Source: an uncultured Bdellovibrionales bacterium | GTDB lineage: Bacteria; Patescibacteriota; Minisyncoccia; Moranbacterales; GWC2-37-73 | Assembly: GCA_964500125.1 (NCBI GenBank) | Contig: CAZCMV010000003.1 | Coordinates: 11,523 to 75,522, forward strand | Length of the DNA: 64,000 nt | Direction: 5' to 3' | Part shown: piece after piece, positions 9,898 to 19,721 of the stretch | Layout: each line of letters starts with the position of its first letter | Numbering within the stretch: the first letter of the stretch is position 1 | Made by a program: the position numbers and the translations under genes | Notes under the pieces: model-generated | Database searches by the model: none | What the model saw: the letters and a program-made list of their open reading frames with translations, nothing else | Told to the model about the DNA's origin: nothing

Positions 9898-11154
9898 ATG
9901 CCAAGAAAGAAAAAACAAGAAGAAGAATCGCAAAGTCAGAGCGGAAGACTCGGCGAATTCGGCAGTGCTATTATGCAGATTGCTGAAGAAAAAGGAATTT
10001 CCAAAGACAAAGTTATTGAAACTATCGAGGCTGCTTTGGCCGCCGCCTATAAAAAGGATTATGGCAAGAGGGGCCAGAGAATTCGGGCAGAATTCAGTCC
10101 GGTTTCGGGAGATATGAAATTCTTTTTAGTGAAAGATGTTGTTGATGAAACTGTGCGCGATTTTGCCGAGCCTGAAAGCGAGGAGGAAGAAAAAAATGTA
10201 CGTGAAAGTATTGAAGAAGAAATGGCTGAAGGCGAAGAAAAATTGCCCAGATATAATGTGGAAAGAGATATGCTCCTGGAAGAAGCAAAAAAGATCAAAA
10301 AAGATGCACAAATTGGCGATGTGATTGAACTCGAGCTTGAGTCTCATAGTGATTATGGTCGTGTAGCTGCTCAAACCGCCAAACAAGTCATCATCCAGCG
10401 TATTCGTGAAGCTGAGCGTGATGCTATGTTTTCGGAATATAAAGAAAAAGAAGGAGAAGTGCTTAGCGGAACAGTACAAAGAATTGAAGGACGTAATGTT
10501 TATATTGATCTTGGTAAATCAGTCGGTGTGCTTTTACCGAACGAGCAAGTACGAGAAGAACGTTATCGCATAGGACAGCGTTTGAAAGTATATATGCACA
10601 GAGTCGAATCTGATCCTAAAGGTCCTGGTATAATATTGAGTCGTACGCATCCGGAGATGGTGCGTAAACTCTTTGAATTGGAAGTCCCGGAAATATTTGT
10701 TGGTACCGTTGTTATAAAATCAATCGCACGCGAGGCTGGCTCAAGGTCTAAAATAGCGGTAGTTTCAGAAGAAGAGGGAATTGATCCAATTGGTTCATGT
10801 GTGGGACAAAAAGGAACACGCGTACAGGCTGTCATTGATGAGCTTGGTGGAGAAAAGATTGATATCATCGAATGGAGCGAGAATATTGCCAAATTTATAG
10901 CTGCAGCTTTGAGTCCTGCCAAAGTTCTAAATGTGGAGGCAAATGAGGAGAAAAAAGAGGCTACAGTTACGGTTCCGGAAGACCAGCTTTCTTTGGCTAT
11001 TGGCAAGAAAGGACAAAATGTCCGTTTGGCAGCTAAGCTTACCGGTTGGAAGATCGATGTTCTTGGCGGAGGGTCCGTGCAAGATAATGTAGAAGTAGAA
11101 GATGAAAATGCGGAAGAACAGGGGGATGTGGAAAGCGAGGAAGTTTTAGAATAA
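9898..11154 (+). CDS. nusA: Transcription termination/antitermination factor NusA.
   Basis: S1 and KH regions with 'ILSRTHPEMVRKLFELEVPEI' and 'GSCVGQKGTRVQAV' signatures. Acidic insertion near the N-terminus and an acidic C-terminal tail. Confidence 0.85.
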   Translation: MPRKKKQEEESQSQSGRLGEFGSAIMQIAEEKGISKDKVIETIEAALAAAYKKDYGKRGQRIRAEFSPVSGDMKFFLVKDVVDETVRDFAEPESEEEEKNVRESIEEEMAEGEEKLPRYNVERDMLLEEAKKIKKDAQIGDVIELELESHSDYGRVAAQTAKQVIIQRIREAERDAMFSEYKEKEGEVLSGTVQRIEGRNVYIDLGKSVGVLLPNEQVREERYRIGQRLKVYMHRVESDPKGPGIILSRTHPEMVRKLFELEVPEIFVGTVVIKSIAREAGSRSKIAVVSEEEGIDPIGSCVGQKGTRVQAVIDELGGEKIDIIEWSENIAKFIAAALSPAKVLNVEANEEKKEATVTVPEDQLSLAIGKKGQNVRLAAKLTGWKIDVLGGGSVQDNVEVEDENAEEQGDVESEEVLE

Positions 11155-11224
11155 GAGAAAATGAATCGCGAAACAATCTTAATTTATTCCTAATTGTCAC
11201 TAACAAATACAAGAAGATAAATAT

Positions 11225-12154
11225 ATGAATAGAATAGTAGTTATTGGGCATAAAAATCCTGATACTGATTCCATTGTTTCGGCTATTGCAATGCAAGAAT
11301 ATCTTGTTAAAGCTTTAGGGAAAGAAGCTGTTGCCGTGCGTGCCGGGGAAATTAACAATGAAACTAAATTTATCCTGGAATTTGTGGGTGAAGAGAAGCC
11401 TCAATTGATTGATACTTTGAGTGGTAGAGATGTTGTTGCATTGGTTGATCATAATGAGGCAAGTCAAGTTGCTGAAAATATCGATTATGGCAAAGTGGAA
11501 TATATTTTTGATCATCATAAATTGATGGTTTCTACGGAAAAGCCGATATTTTGCAGATGCGAGCCTTTAGGAAGCACTTCTTCATTAGCAGCAAGACTAT
11601 TTGAAGAAAATGGAAGTATTCTTTCGGAAAAAATGGCCAAGCTTTTGCTTGCAGGAATTGTTTCCGATACATTAAATTTTACTTCTCCTACGACAACTAA
11701 TGAAGATAGGGTCATTGCGGATAAACTTAACGCCATTGCCAAGTTGAATATAGAATCTTTTGCGAGTGATATGTTTAAGGCAAAATCAAGTCTGGAAGGC
11801 ATAAGCGTGGCGGACATGGTGTCATTAGATTATAAGATTTTTGAGATGGGTAGTGAAAAAGTAGGAGTAGGCACCTGGGAAACCACTGATCCTGACACTG
11901 TTAATGAAAAGAGCGCTGAAATTAAGCAGCAATTGGAGGCAAAAAAGGAAGCTGATGGATTATCTATGATTTTTTTCATGGTTGTGGATATAATCAAGCA
12001 AAATTGTTTTTTGTACACCGTTAGCGAAAAGGAGCAGATGGTGGCTGAACAGGTTTTTGGTGTTGTCGCGAAAGATGCTGTTTTGGAACTTGTCGGAGTT
12101 GTATCTCGCAAGAAACAAATTGTGCCACCACTTACGGAATATTTGGTAAAGTAA
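11225..12154 (+). CDS. ppaC: Manganese-dependent inorganic pyrophosphatase (family II, DHH-DHHA2).
   Basis: 'VIGHKNPDTDSIVSAIA', 'VDHNE', 'FDHHK', 'GIVSDTLNF' motifs. Confidence 0.85.
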   Translation: MNRIVVIGHKNPDTDSIVSAIAMQEYLVKALGKEAVAVRAGEINNETKFILEFVGEEKPQLIDTLSGRDVVALVDHNEASQVAENIDYGKVEYIFDHHKLMVSTEKPIFCRCEPLGSTSSLAARLFEENGSILSEKMAKLLLAGIVSDTLNFTSPTTTNEDRVIADKLNAIAKLNIESFASDMFKAKSSLEGISVADMVSLDYKIFEMGSEKVGVGTWETTDPDTVNEKSAEIKQQLEAKKEADGLSMIFFMVVDIIKQNCFLYTVSEKEQMVAEQVFGVVAKDAVLELVGVVSRKKQIVPPLTEYLVK

Positions 12155-12242
12155 AATTGAAAATATAATTGCTTTATGCAATTTGTTTTCAAATTGGAAT
12201 GAGTCTCTATGCGCTTTGACGATTTTTTTCAAGGAAGCGCTC

Positions 12243-12256
12243 CGCCGGTTGGCGGA
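12243..12256. repeat. Variant copy of the recurrent palindrome (CCGCCGGTTGGCGG), embedded in a roughly 70-bp inverted-repeat structure (GGAATGAGT...ACTCATTCC).
   Basis: Flanking motif GAAGCGCTCCGCYGGYTGGCGG is shared with the copy at about 43186-43210. Confidence 0.5.
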
Positions 12257-12335
12257 TACTCATTCCTTTGTTTCAAACAAATTCATAAAGCATTAAGATG
12301 AGAGAAAATATAAGACGGATAATTTTTACAAAGAA

Positions 12336-13628
12336 ATGATTAAATCAGAAGTGAAAAAATTAGACAAATCGCAAGTGGAGATAGTTATCTCTGTTTCTTG
12401 GGATGAATGGCAAAAATATTTGGAAATGGCAATTGCCGATATCTCCAAGGAAATCAAGATCGAAGGTTTTCGCAACGGAAAGGCGCCAAGAAAGATGATT
12501 GAGCAGAAAGTTGGAACAGCAATGATTTTGGATGAAGCTGCCAATAAAACCGTACAAAAAACATATCCTGCGGTTTTAGTGCAGCAAAAAATAGAAGCTA
12601 TCGGACAGCCAAAGGCTCAGATTAATAAGCTTGCCGAGGGTAATGATCTGGAATACGCAGTAGTTACTTCAGTTATGCCTGAAATTAAAATAAATCCTTG
12701 GAGAGAAAAGGCTAAAAAGATAAACAAGGAATTTGCCAAACAAGAAACTGAAGTAAAAGATGAGGAAATCAAAGAAGAGCTCAAGACCTTGGCCAATAGT
12801 CGTGTGCAACTGGCTACTGTTGAACGGGAGGCTAAAGATGGCGACAGTGTAGTTATCGACTTTAAGGTTTTACAGGATGGTGTGCCAATTGAACACGGAA
12901 CTGCGCAAGATCACCCGTTGATTTTGGGAAAGAAAGTTTTCATCCCAGGATTTGAAGAGCAGGTTGTAGGGATGAAAAAAGGAGAAGAAAAAGAATTCGT
13001 ACTAAATTTCCCGGATTCCTATCATGAAAAAAGTCTAGCTGGCAGGCCGGCAACTTTTCAAGTCAAACTTAAGGAGGTCCAAGAAAGGAAAACTCCGGAA
13101 ATCACAGATGAATTTGCCAAATCTTTGGGAAAGTTTGAAAATGTAGATGCCTTAAAAAAGAATATTCGCGAAGGCGTTTTGGAGGAGAAGAAGCAGCACG
13201 CTCAAGAAGAAAGACGCGCGAAACTTTTGGAAATGCTTGCAGAATGCGCAGAGGTGGAGATCCCTGAGATTCTCATTGATGAGGAAGTGAAAAAAATGTT
13301 CGGTGAATTTGAAATGCAGCTATATGGTATGGGCATGGACATGGAAAAATATTTGGAGCATACGAAGAAAAAACGTGAAGAAATAGAGCAAGAATGGCGT
13401 CCGCAAGCGCAGAAAAGGATTGTTATTGCTTTAGCTTTGGAACAACTGGCAAAAGATGAAGAAATAAATGTGCCCAATGAACGTATAGAAGAAGAAATGA
13501 ATAAAACCATGGCTCGCTATAAGGACATCAAAGATGTTAAGAAGAATATCGATATTCAGAAAGTATATACTTATGTCAAAGGAACTTTGATGAATGAGAA
13601 AGTTTTTGAATTGCTGGAATCAGTATAA
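12336..13628 (+). CDS. tig: Trigger factor (ribosome-associated chaperone / PPIase).
   Basis: N-terminal ribosome-binding 'GFRNGKAP' signature, FKBP-like middle domain. Followed by clpP in the conserved order. Confidence 0.85.
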   Translation: MIKSEVKKLDKSQVEIVISVSWDEWQKYLEMAIADISKEIKIEGFRNGKAPRKMIEQKVGTAMILDEAANKTVQKTYPAVLVQQKIEAIGQPKAQINKLAEGNDLEYAVVTSVMPEIKINPWREKAKKINKEFAKQETEVKDEEIKEELKTLANSRVQLATVEREAKDGDSVVIDFKVLQDGVPIEHGTAQDHPLILGKKVFIPGFEEQVVGMKKGEEKEFVLNFPDSYHEKSLAGRPATFQVKLKEVQERKTPEITDEFAKSLGKFENVDALKKNIREGVLEEKKQHAQEERRAKLLEMLAECAEVEIPEILIDEEVKKMFGEFEMQLYGMGMDMEKYLEHTKKKREEIEQEWRPQAQKRIVIALALEQLAKDEEINVPNERIEEEMNKTMARYKDIKDVKKNIDIQKVYTYVKGTLMNEKVFELLESV

Positions 13629-13665
13629 ATCGAAAATCAAAATGCAAAAATCAAAATGAGTAACT
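13627..13665 (+). repeat. Heptamer-period repeat tract (aaaatca / aaatgca units) in the tig-clpP spacer.
   Basis: aaatcg aaaatca aaatgca aaaatca aaatgag. Confidence 0.5.
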
Positions 13666-13769
13666 TCGACAAATTGAAGATGGGCAATGAAAATGTAAAA
13701 TTCGGCGTTATTTTAATTTTGAATTAATATTTTGCACGTTGAGATTTGCATTTTGTATTTATTAAGATT

Positions 13770-14366
13770 ATGACTAAAACAACAAATCAATACCTGATAC
13801 CAACCGTTATTGAAAAAACAAATTATGGCGAGAGGGCATATGATATTTATTCCCGCTTACTTAAGGATCGCATCATATTTTTGGGCACGCAAATTGATGA
13901 TGGGGTAGCCAATGCGATTATTGCACAGTTGCTTTTTCTGGAACAGCAAAATCCTAAGGAAGACGTGAAATTATATATCAATTCTCCTGGTGGTGTAGTC
14001 AGCAGCGCGCTGGCGGTATATGACACCATGCAATATATTCGTCCGGATGTGCAAACAATTTGTGTTGGATTGGCGGCTTCAGGTGCAGCAATGCTTTTGG
14101 CGGCTGGCGCCAAGGGAAAACGCATGGCTTTGCCAAACAGTGAAGTGATGATCCATCAGGTTTTGGGAGGCGCACAAGGACAAGCTTCGGATGTTGATAT
14201 TCATGCCAGGCATATTCTAAAAACCAAGGATCTTCTGAATAAGTTATTAGCCAAACACACAGGGCAAAAGATCGCTAAAGTGGAAAAAGATACAGATCGT
14301 GATTATTTCATGAGCTCCGAGGAAGCATTGAAATATGGCATTGTGGACAGAATTATTGGTAAATAG
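13770..14366 (+). CDS. clpP: ATP-dependent Clp protease proteolytic subunit ClpP.
   Basis: '[16 protein letters not shown]', '[21 protein letters not shown]', '[14 protein letters not shown]' with the Ser/His/Asp triad context. Start moved to MTKTT by homology; the track ORF starts 24 nt upstream. Confidence 0.85.
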   Translation: MTKTTNQYLIPTVIEKTNYGERAYDIYSRLLKDRIIFLGTQIDDGVANAIIAQLLFLEQQNPKEDVKLYINSPGGVVSSALAVYDTMQYIRPDVQTICVGLAASGAAMLLAAGAKGKRMALPNSEVMIHQVLGGAQGQASDVDIHARHILKTKDLLNKLLAKHTGQKIAKVEKDTDRDYFMSSEEALKYGIVDRIIGK

Positions 14367-14403
14367 CTTGAATTTTTAGAAAAATTTCCCTACAAGTTAA
14401 GCA

Positions 14404-14431
14404 AAAACCTGGATTTGTGACCAGGTTTTTT
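14404..14431 (+). terminator. Intrinsic terminator after clpP.
   Basis: Stem AACCTGG/CCAGGTT, 8-nt loop, T6. Confidence 0.55.
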
Positions 14432-14501
14432 GTATTGTCAATAAATTATTCTTTTCAAGATGAACTTTTCAAATGTCTAACTAGAATAATCTAATGGGCA
14501 T

Positions 14502-14510
14502 CCCCCCCCC
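14502..14510. repeat. Homopolymeric C9 tract in AT-rich intergenic DNA.
   Basis: gggcatCCCCCCCCCtaag. Confidence 0.6.
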
Positions 14511-14718
14511 TAAGATATAGAATTAAAACATAAACCAAAACTTTTCGCAAAAAAAATGAAAACAAAACAAAAACATCTCTTGCCCCTCGTCATAGTCATC
14601 TTAGGCATAATAACCATAATCTATCTTGGCTAAGACAAAATAAAAGAAATAGTCCCTAACGATGAACCTTTAGGGAAGTTGGCGCCATAAGGGAAAGTGA
14701 ACGCAATGATTCTGTGGG

Positions 14719-16293
14719 TTATTTTTTGCTTGTTAATATTGGCAGAAGACTTTCGCCGTTCATTTCAGAAGGTTTTTTAATTTCCAATAATTCGAGTATT
14801 GTTGGGGCTATGTCATTAAGCAGGCCACCGATTTCTCCCTGTTGTTGAACTATTTCTTCTGAAGATTTTTTATAGTGATTATCGGGAGTGATAAACCAAA
14901 GAGGGACTGGATTTGTTGAATGTTCAGTATCTATTTCTCCAGTATGAATATTTTTTAATTCCTCGACATTTCCATGGTCGGCCGTTATCAAAAGACACCC
15001 TCCTTGTGATAAAACTTTGGGAATGAGTAAGGATAAATTTTTATCAAGAGTTTTTACGGCTATTTTGCAAGCTTCATAATTTCCCGTATGACCAACCATG
15101 TCAGCATTGACGTAGTTTACTATTATAACGTCATATTTCTTTGAGTCTATTGCGTCGAGCAGTTTTTCAGTGACCAATGACGCGCTCATCTCAGGTTCTT
15201 CGTCAAATTTGGAAACTGCTGGCGAAGGAATAAGAATCCTATCTTCTCCTGGCCAGGGTTCTTCTTTGCCGCCATTAAAAAAATACGTAACATGTGCATA
15301 TTTTTCCGTCTCCGAAATACGCAATTGTCTGAGTTTGTTAGCACTTAATATTTCTCCTAATCCGTTTTTTATTTCTTCTGGACCGAAGGCTACGGATACC
15401 GGCAAATCTTTTTCGTATTCAGTCATGGTCACAAACTCGATATCCAAACTTTCTTTTTTGAATTTGTCAAAAGATGGCAGCACAAATGCTTTTGTAAGTT
15501 CACGAGCCCTGTCTTCACGGAAATTGAAAAATATAACAGAATCCCCGTTTTTTATCGTTGTGATTGGTTTGTCGTTTTCAATAAATACACTTGGCTCTAT
15601 GTATTCATCAGTTATTTCTTTGGCGTAAGAATCCTGAAGGCACCGTATTGGATCCTCAAATGGAATTCCTTTTCCTTCAGTAAGCAGTCTATATGCCTTT
15701 TCTATGCGATCCCAGTTATTATTGCGATCCATAGCCCAATTGCGTCCACAAATGGTTGCTATTCTGCCTATTCCTATTATCTGCATACGTGATTGAAGGT
15801 CTTTTATAGCTTTTGTGCCAGAAGTAGGGGAGCTGTCTCTCCCATCAGTAAAAGCATGCACAAAGAGTTTTTCGATACCGTTTGTCTTAGCCATTTCCAA
15901 GAGAGCATATAAATGTTCCATATATGCATGAACACTTCCTTCACCGATTAGTCCCATGATATGCAAAGCAGAATCCTTTTCTTTTGCGTTGTTTATTGCC
16001 TTAAGCAAAGAGGGATTGCTAAAAAAAGTTTTGTCCTGCACAGAGAGTGTTATGCGTGGCAAATGCTGATATATTATTTTGCCCGAACCAATAGCCATAT
16101 GTCCAACTTCACTGTTTCCACTTTCTCCCCAAAAAAGACCTACTGAAATTCCCGAAGCCTGGAGTGTTGTCATTGGATAAAACTGCTCAAGTTTCTCTAT
16201 TGTGGGGAGTTCTGTTTCTTTCAAAACATTTCCTTGCGAATTATTGCTTAATCCCCAGCCATCAAGAACAACTAAAACAATGGGTTTATACAT
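14719..16293 (-). CDS. gpmI: 2,3-bisphosphoglycerate-independent phosphoglycerate mutase.
   Basis: 'IVLVVLDGWG' N-terminus, 'ITADHGN' metal-binding context; about 520 aa, typical of iPGM. Confidence 0.85.
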   Translation of the reverse strand: MYKPIVLVVLDGWGLSNNSQGNVLKETELPTIEKLEQFYPMTTLQASGISVGLFWGESGNSEVGHMAIGSGKIIYQHLPRITLSVQDKTFFSNPSLLKAINNAKEKDSALHIMGLIGEGSVHAYMEHLYALLEMAKTNGIEKLFVHAFTDGRDSSPTSGTKAIKDLQSRMQIIGIGRIATICGRNWAMDRNNNWDRIEKAYRLLTEGKGIPFEDPIRCLQDSYAKEITDEYIEPSVFIENDKPITTIKNGDSVIFFNFREDRARELTKAFVLPSFDKFKKESLDIEFVTMTEYEKDLPVSVAFGPEEIKNGLGEILSANKLRQLRISETEKYAHVTYFFNGGKEEPWPGEDRILIPSPAVSKFDEEPEMSASLVTEKLLDAIDSKKYDVIIVNYVNADMVGHTGNYEACKIAVKTLDKNLSLLIPKVLSQGGCLLITADHGNVEELKNIHTGEIDTEHSTNPVPLWFITPDNHYKKSSEEIVQQQGEIGGLLNDIAPTILELLEIKKPSEMNGESLLPILTSKK

Positions 16294-16557
16294 AATATTT
16301 TTTGTTTCTTATGCTTATTTCTTGCTAATTATAGCATGTATATTTTTTTGACAAAAGATGCCGCATGATATACCATGTTCGGTAGAGGTAAAATATATTT
16401 TTTGGTGTCCAGCAGATAGAAATGCTGCAAATAAAGCGATTATGAGCCATATTAGAAAAAAAAGCTACTTTCTTGTATTGAAATATATGGAAACATCCCC
16501 TAGAGGATGCTTGCTTGGTGTGGGTATTTTGGATCTGTTGAACAACAACTAAAGAAC

Positions 16558-18090
16558 ATGGAAATTGGCATAATAAATGCTTTTGGTTTGCCAATAGCAT
16601 TGGTTTTTGGGGTTTTTGGAGGATATTTGATTCGTCAGTTTATTGCCAAAAAACAACTTACTACTGCAGAGGGAAAAGTTGAAAAAATGGTCGAAGATGC
16701 TGAAAAAAAGGCTCAAGAAACCGTTATTTCGGCTAAAAACAAAGCTGTTGAAATCTTAGAGGAGGCCAAGAAAAAAGAAAAGGTTCGCGAGGATCAGATT
16801 TTGCGCTTGGAACAAAGATTAGTTAAGCGTGAAGAGACTTTGGATCAGAAAATAGATGATTTGGATCGCGGGAAAAAAATTCTGGAACAAAAAGCAGAGG
16901 AAATTCGTGCAATCCGTCGAGAGACCGAACAAGCTCGCAAAAAGGAAATGGAAAGACTGGAGAAGATTGCGGGACTTTCCAAAGAACAGGCTAAAAATAT
17001 TTTATTACAGCTTACGGAGGAAGAACATCGCGATCTGATAGCTAAGCGTATAGCAAAACTAGAAAAGGAAAGCAAAGAGGAAATTGAGAAAAAAGCTCGC
17101 AATATCATGACTGGTGTAATTCAAAAATATGCTGGTTCTCATGCGGCGGAAATAGTAACTACAACAGTAGCCATTCCTTCTGATGAGGTAAAAGGCAGGA
17201 TCATTGGGCGTGAGGGACGTAATATCAAGGCGCTGGAACGTCTGACTGGTATTGAAATAATTGTGGATGATACTCCGGAAGCAGTGGTGCTTTCTGGGTT
17301 TGATCCTGTGCGTCGTGAGATTGCACGTATATCTTTGGAAAAATTGATCAATGATGGACGCATTCATCCGACTCGCATCGAGGAGGCGGTTGAGTTTGCC
17401 AAGAAAGAAATTGAAAATAAAGTGCGTGAAGCTGGTGAGGCTGCGGCATATGATCTAGGAATTGCTGGTTTGGATCCAAAATTAATAAGTGTGTTGGGAA
17501 GATTACGTTATCGCACAAGTTTTGGTCAAAATGCTTTGCTGCATTCCTTGGAGGTGGCTCACCTTTCAGGGGCTTTGGCTGCTGAGTTAGGGGCGGATGT
17601 TAACATTGCCAAGAAAGCAGGACTTTTGCATGATATTGGTAAAGCTGTAGATCATGAGATTCAAGGGACACATGTGGAAATCGGTATCAAGATATTGGAA
17701 AAGTTTGGTATGTCCAAGGAGGTTATTAATGCTGTGAAGGCTCATCATGAGGATTATCCGTTTGAGTCGGCAGAATCTTTTATTGTCGCTGCTGCAGATG
17801 CAATTTCAGCAAGTCGTCCGGGAGCGCGTAAAGATACTTTGGAAAATTATCTTAAGCGATTGGAAGAATTGGAATCAACGGCTAACTCATTTGAGGGAGT
17901 TGATAAGACTTATGCAATTCAGGCTGGTCGTGAAATACGTGTTTTTGTGAAGCCGGAAGAGGTGGATGATTTGGGCGCATTGCGTATGGCGCGTGAAATT
18001 GCCGATAAAATAGAGCAAGAATTAAAATATCCCGGAGAAATAAAAGTAAATGTAATACGTGAAACGAGAAGTGTTGAATTTGCACGATAA
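16558..18090 (+). CDS. rny: Ribonuclease Y.
   Basis: N-terminal TM helix, coiled-coil, KH domain, HD domain 'LLHDIGKAVDHE'. Start set at MEIGII. Confidence 0.85.
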   Translation: MEIGIINAFGLPIALVFGVFGGYLIRQFIAKKQLTTAEGKVEKMVEDAEKKAQETVISAKNKAVEILEEAKKKEKVREDQILRLEQRLVKREETLDQKIDDLDRGKKILEQKAEEIRAIRRETEQARKKEMERLEKIAGLSKEQAKNILLQLTEEEHRDLIAKRIAKLEKESKEEIEKKARNIMTGVIQKYAGSHAAEIVTTTVAIPSDEVKGRIIGREGRNIKALERLTGIEIIVDDTPEAVVLSGFDPVRREIARISLEKLINDGRIHPTRIEEAVEFAKKEIENKVREAGEAAAYDLGIAGLDPKLISVLGRLRYRTSFGQNALLHSLEVAHLSGALAAELGADVNIAKKAGLLHDIGKAVDHEIQGTHVEIGIKILEKFGMSKEVINAVKAHHEDYPFESAESFIVAAADAISASRPGARKDTLENYLKRLEELESTANSFEGVDKTYAIQAGREIRVFVKPEEVDDLGALRMAREIADKIEQELKYPGEIKVNVIRETRSVEFAR

Positions 18091-18099
18091 AGTGTGCAA

Positions 18100-18255
18100 A
18101 TTCAAGCAACAAACATCAAGTAACAAATTCCAAACAATACTCAATAACCAAATTTTAATAATCAAATGAATATTAGAAAATTGTAATTTTGTAGTTTGTT
18201 TGGAATTAGAAAATTGATTATTGGAAATTCCTTGCGAAGCAAGGTGTTGTGGATA
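18100..18255 (+). repeat. Long heptamer-period low-complexity tract downstream of rny.
   Basis: caaattc aagcaac aaacatc aagtaac aaattcc aaacaat ... ttgtaat tttgtag tttgttt ggaatta. Confidence 0.5.
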
Positions 18256-18337
18256 AGGTGATTTGCTTTATTTTCGGGAAAAAACTAGAATAGATGTAGA
18301 TAAACATATACATAAAAAACTAGAAGGAGGTGGCAAC

Positions 18338-18619
18338 ATGGCAAATGTAAACAAAGATGCATTAATCGATGTAATTTCATCGAAAAACGACATCTCCAAA
18401 AAAGATGTTGAGCGTGTTATTGAGACTCTTCTCGACACGGTTACGGAAGAAATCCGCAAAGGAAACAAAGTTACCTTGACTGGTTTCGGAACATTCCGCG
18501 TTTCAGCTCGCGCAGCTCGCGAAGGAATTAATCCTCAAACCAAGGAAAAGATTCAGATTCCTGCAATGACTGTGCCAAAATTCACCGCTGGAAAAGCTCT
18601 CAAAGAAGCTGTGAAATAG
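18338..18619 (+). CDS. hup: DNA-binding protein HU.
   Basis: 'MANVNKDALIDVI...GFGTFRVSARAAREGINPQT' HU signature. RBS AAGGAGG 7 nt upstream. Confidence 0.9.
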   Translation: MANVNKDALIDVISSKNDISKKDVERVIETLLDTVTEEIRKGNKVTLTGFGTFRVSARAAREGINPQTKEKIQIPAMTVPKFTAGKALKEAVK

Positions 18620-18673
18620 TTGTGTAAATCCGCAAGGATTAAATAACGAAGACACATACAAAAAGATAGCGGC

Positions 18674-18704
18674 AAAATCCCCTGCAACGGGGATTTTGCT
18701 TTTT
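18674..18704 (+). terminator. Intrinsic terminator after hup.
   Basis: Stem AAAATCCCC/GGGGATTTT, loop TGCAAC, then T5. Confidence 0.6.
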
Positions 18705-18819
18705 ATAAACAAAAAACCATCCAAAAGGTGGTTTGTTGTCTGTTGCGGGTTGTAGATAATGTTAGAATTGTATTTTAGCAGAATACTGATTATGTCTATG
18801 TATCTGATTTAGGAACATA

Positions 18820-18862
18820 AAAACAGAAAACCCACCGAAGCGGATTTTCCGTTTGGTGGGTT
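18820..18862 (-). terminator. Intrinsic terminator (usable from both strands) downstream of the small zinc-ribbon gene.
   Basis: Stem AACCCACC/GGTGGGTT with internal loop, flanked by A-tract and T-tract. Confidence 0.45.
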
Positions 18863-19007
18863 ATTTTTTGTCTTTTTCTATATTCTTTTCCTCTACGAGC
18901 TGGCCACATTTTTCACAAGTGTACTTATCCATTGTATAGATAAATCGCACTCTGCCCCCACATTTTTTGTGGGTTCCCCATGTAGTCATAGCCATGGATC
19001 TACTCAT
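18861..19007 (-). CDS. Small zinc-ribbon protein, 48 aa (CxxC...CxxC). Not in the ORF track because it is under 60 aa.
   Basis: Translation MSRSMAMTTWGTHKKCGGRVRFIYTMDKYTCEKCGQLVEEKNIEKDKK. RBS AAGGAGG 6 nt upstream. Terminator directly downstream. Confidence 0.45.
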   Translation of the reverse strand: MSRSMAMTTWGTHKKCGGRVRFIYTMDKYTCEKCGQLVEEKNIEKDKK

Positions 19008-19215
19008 AAAATGCCTCCTTGTCTGTAATGATTTAGTCTTCGCCAGGTTAGGTATCTTAGAGGATATTAAATAATATATGATATAAAAAAATTTATCCAG
19101 CTATTTAAAAATTTAGTTCTGATCCCAGTTCCATATCAAAAAATAATTACTCGGTTAAAGCTTTTATGGAAAATATTTAGCATAAAGTCAGAAACAAGGA
19201 ATTTATTTCAACTAA

Positions 19216-19241
19216 AAGAAAAACCCACCAAAAAAGGTGGA
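19216..19241 (-). terminator. Intrinsic terminator downstream of tRNA-Pro.
   Basis: Stem CCACC/GGTGG with 6-nt loop, followed on the minus strand by a U-rich tract. Confidence 0.4.
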
Positions 19242-19254
19242 TTTTCCTGTATGT

Positions 19255-19327
19255 CGGGGCGCCGGGATTCGAACCCGGTCTAAATGTTCCCAAAACACTC
19301 GTGCTAGCCGTTGACACTACGCCCCGC
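19255..19327 (-). tRNA. tRNA-Pro (anticodon TGG).
   Basis: Cloverleaf folded by hand. Acceptor CGGGGCG/CGCCCCG (C1-G72, typical of bacterial tRNA-Pro). T-arm CCGGG-TTCGAAT-CCCGG. Anticodon loop TTTGGGA. No encoded CCA. Confidence 0.75.
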
Positions 19328-19450
19328 AAAATACCTGTCAATTTTATAATAGATGCGATTGAAAGTCAATATTTGCCTTATATAAACTGCTCAATTGAAA
19401 TTTTACACAGTTATGCTTAAATAGAGAGGTAATAATTTATAAATAAAAGC

Positions 19451-19660
19451 ATGCAAGAGCAAACTATTGGTAGTTATCGAATCACGTTTGAAGATGAGGC
19501 AAGAGCAGGGTTTGATTATTTGAATAGAATCGATAGAACGGAATCGAAAGTGTTTTTTACTTACGCCTACGAACACAGGGAAGCACCATTTCAAGATGAT
19601 AACAGACGTAGATATGTGTTGTCATATGAAAACGGGACATATATTATTGATCGAAAGTAA
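19451..19660 (+). CDS. Hypothetical small protein, 69 aa.
   Basis: ORF only; no motif or convincing RBS. Confidence 0.25.
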   Translation: MQEQTIGSYRITFEDEARAGFDYLNRIDRTESKVFFTYAYEHREAPFQDDNRRRYVLSYENGTYIIDRK

Positions 19661-19721
19661 TAGAATTATGGAACAAAGGGCGTTAGAAGTAGGTTTGGTC
19701 TTAGGAAATTGGAGGTAGGTT

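Noticed and set aside
14556-14633. 25-codon hydrophobic mini-ORF (MKTKQKHLLPLVIVILGIITIIYLG) between clpP and gpmI
   Set aside because: No SD sequence, sits between convergent genes, and is too short to support without conservation data. Kept only as a note under the C9 finding.
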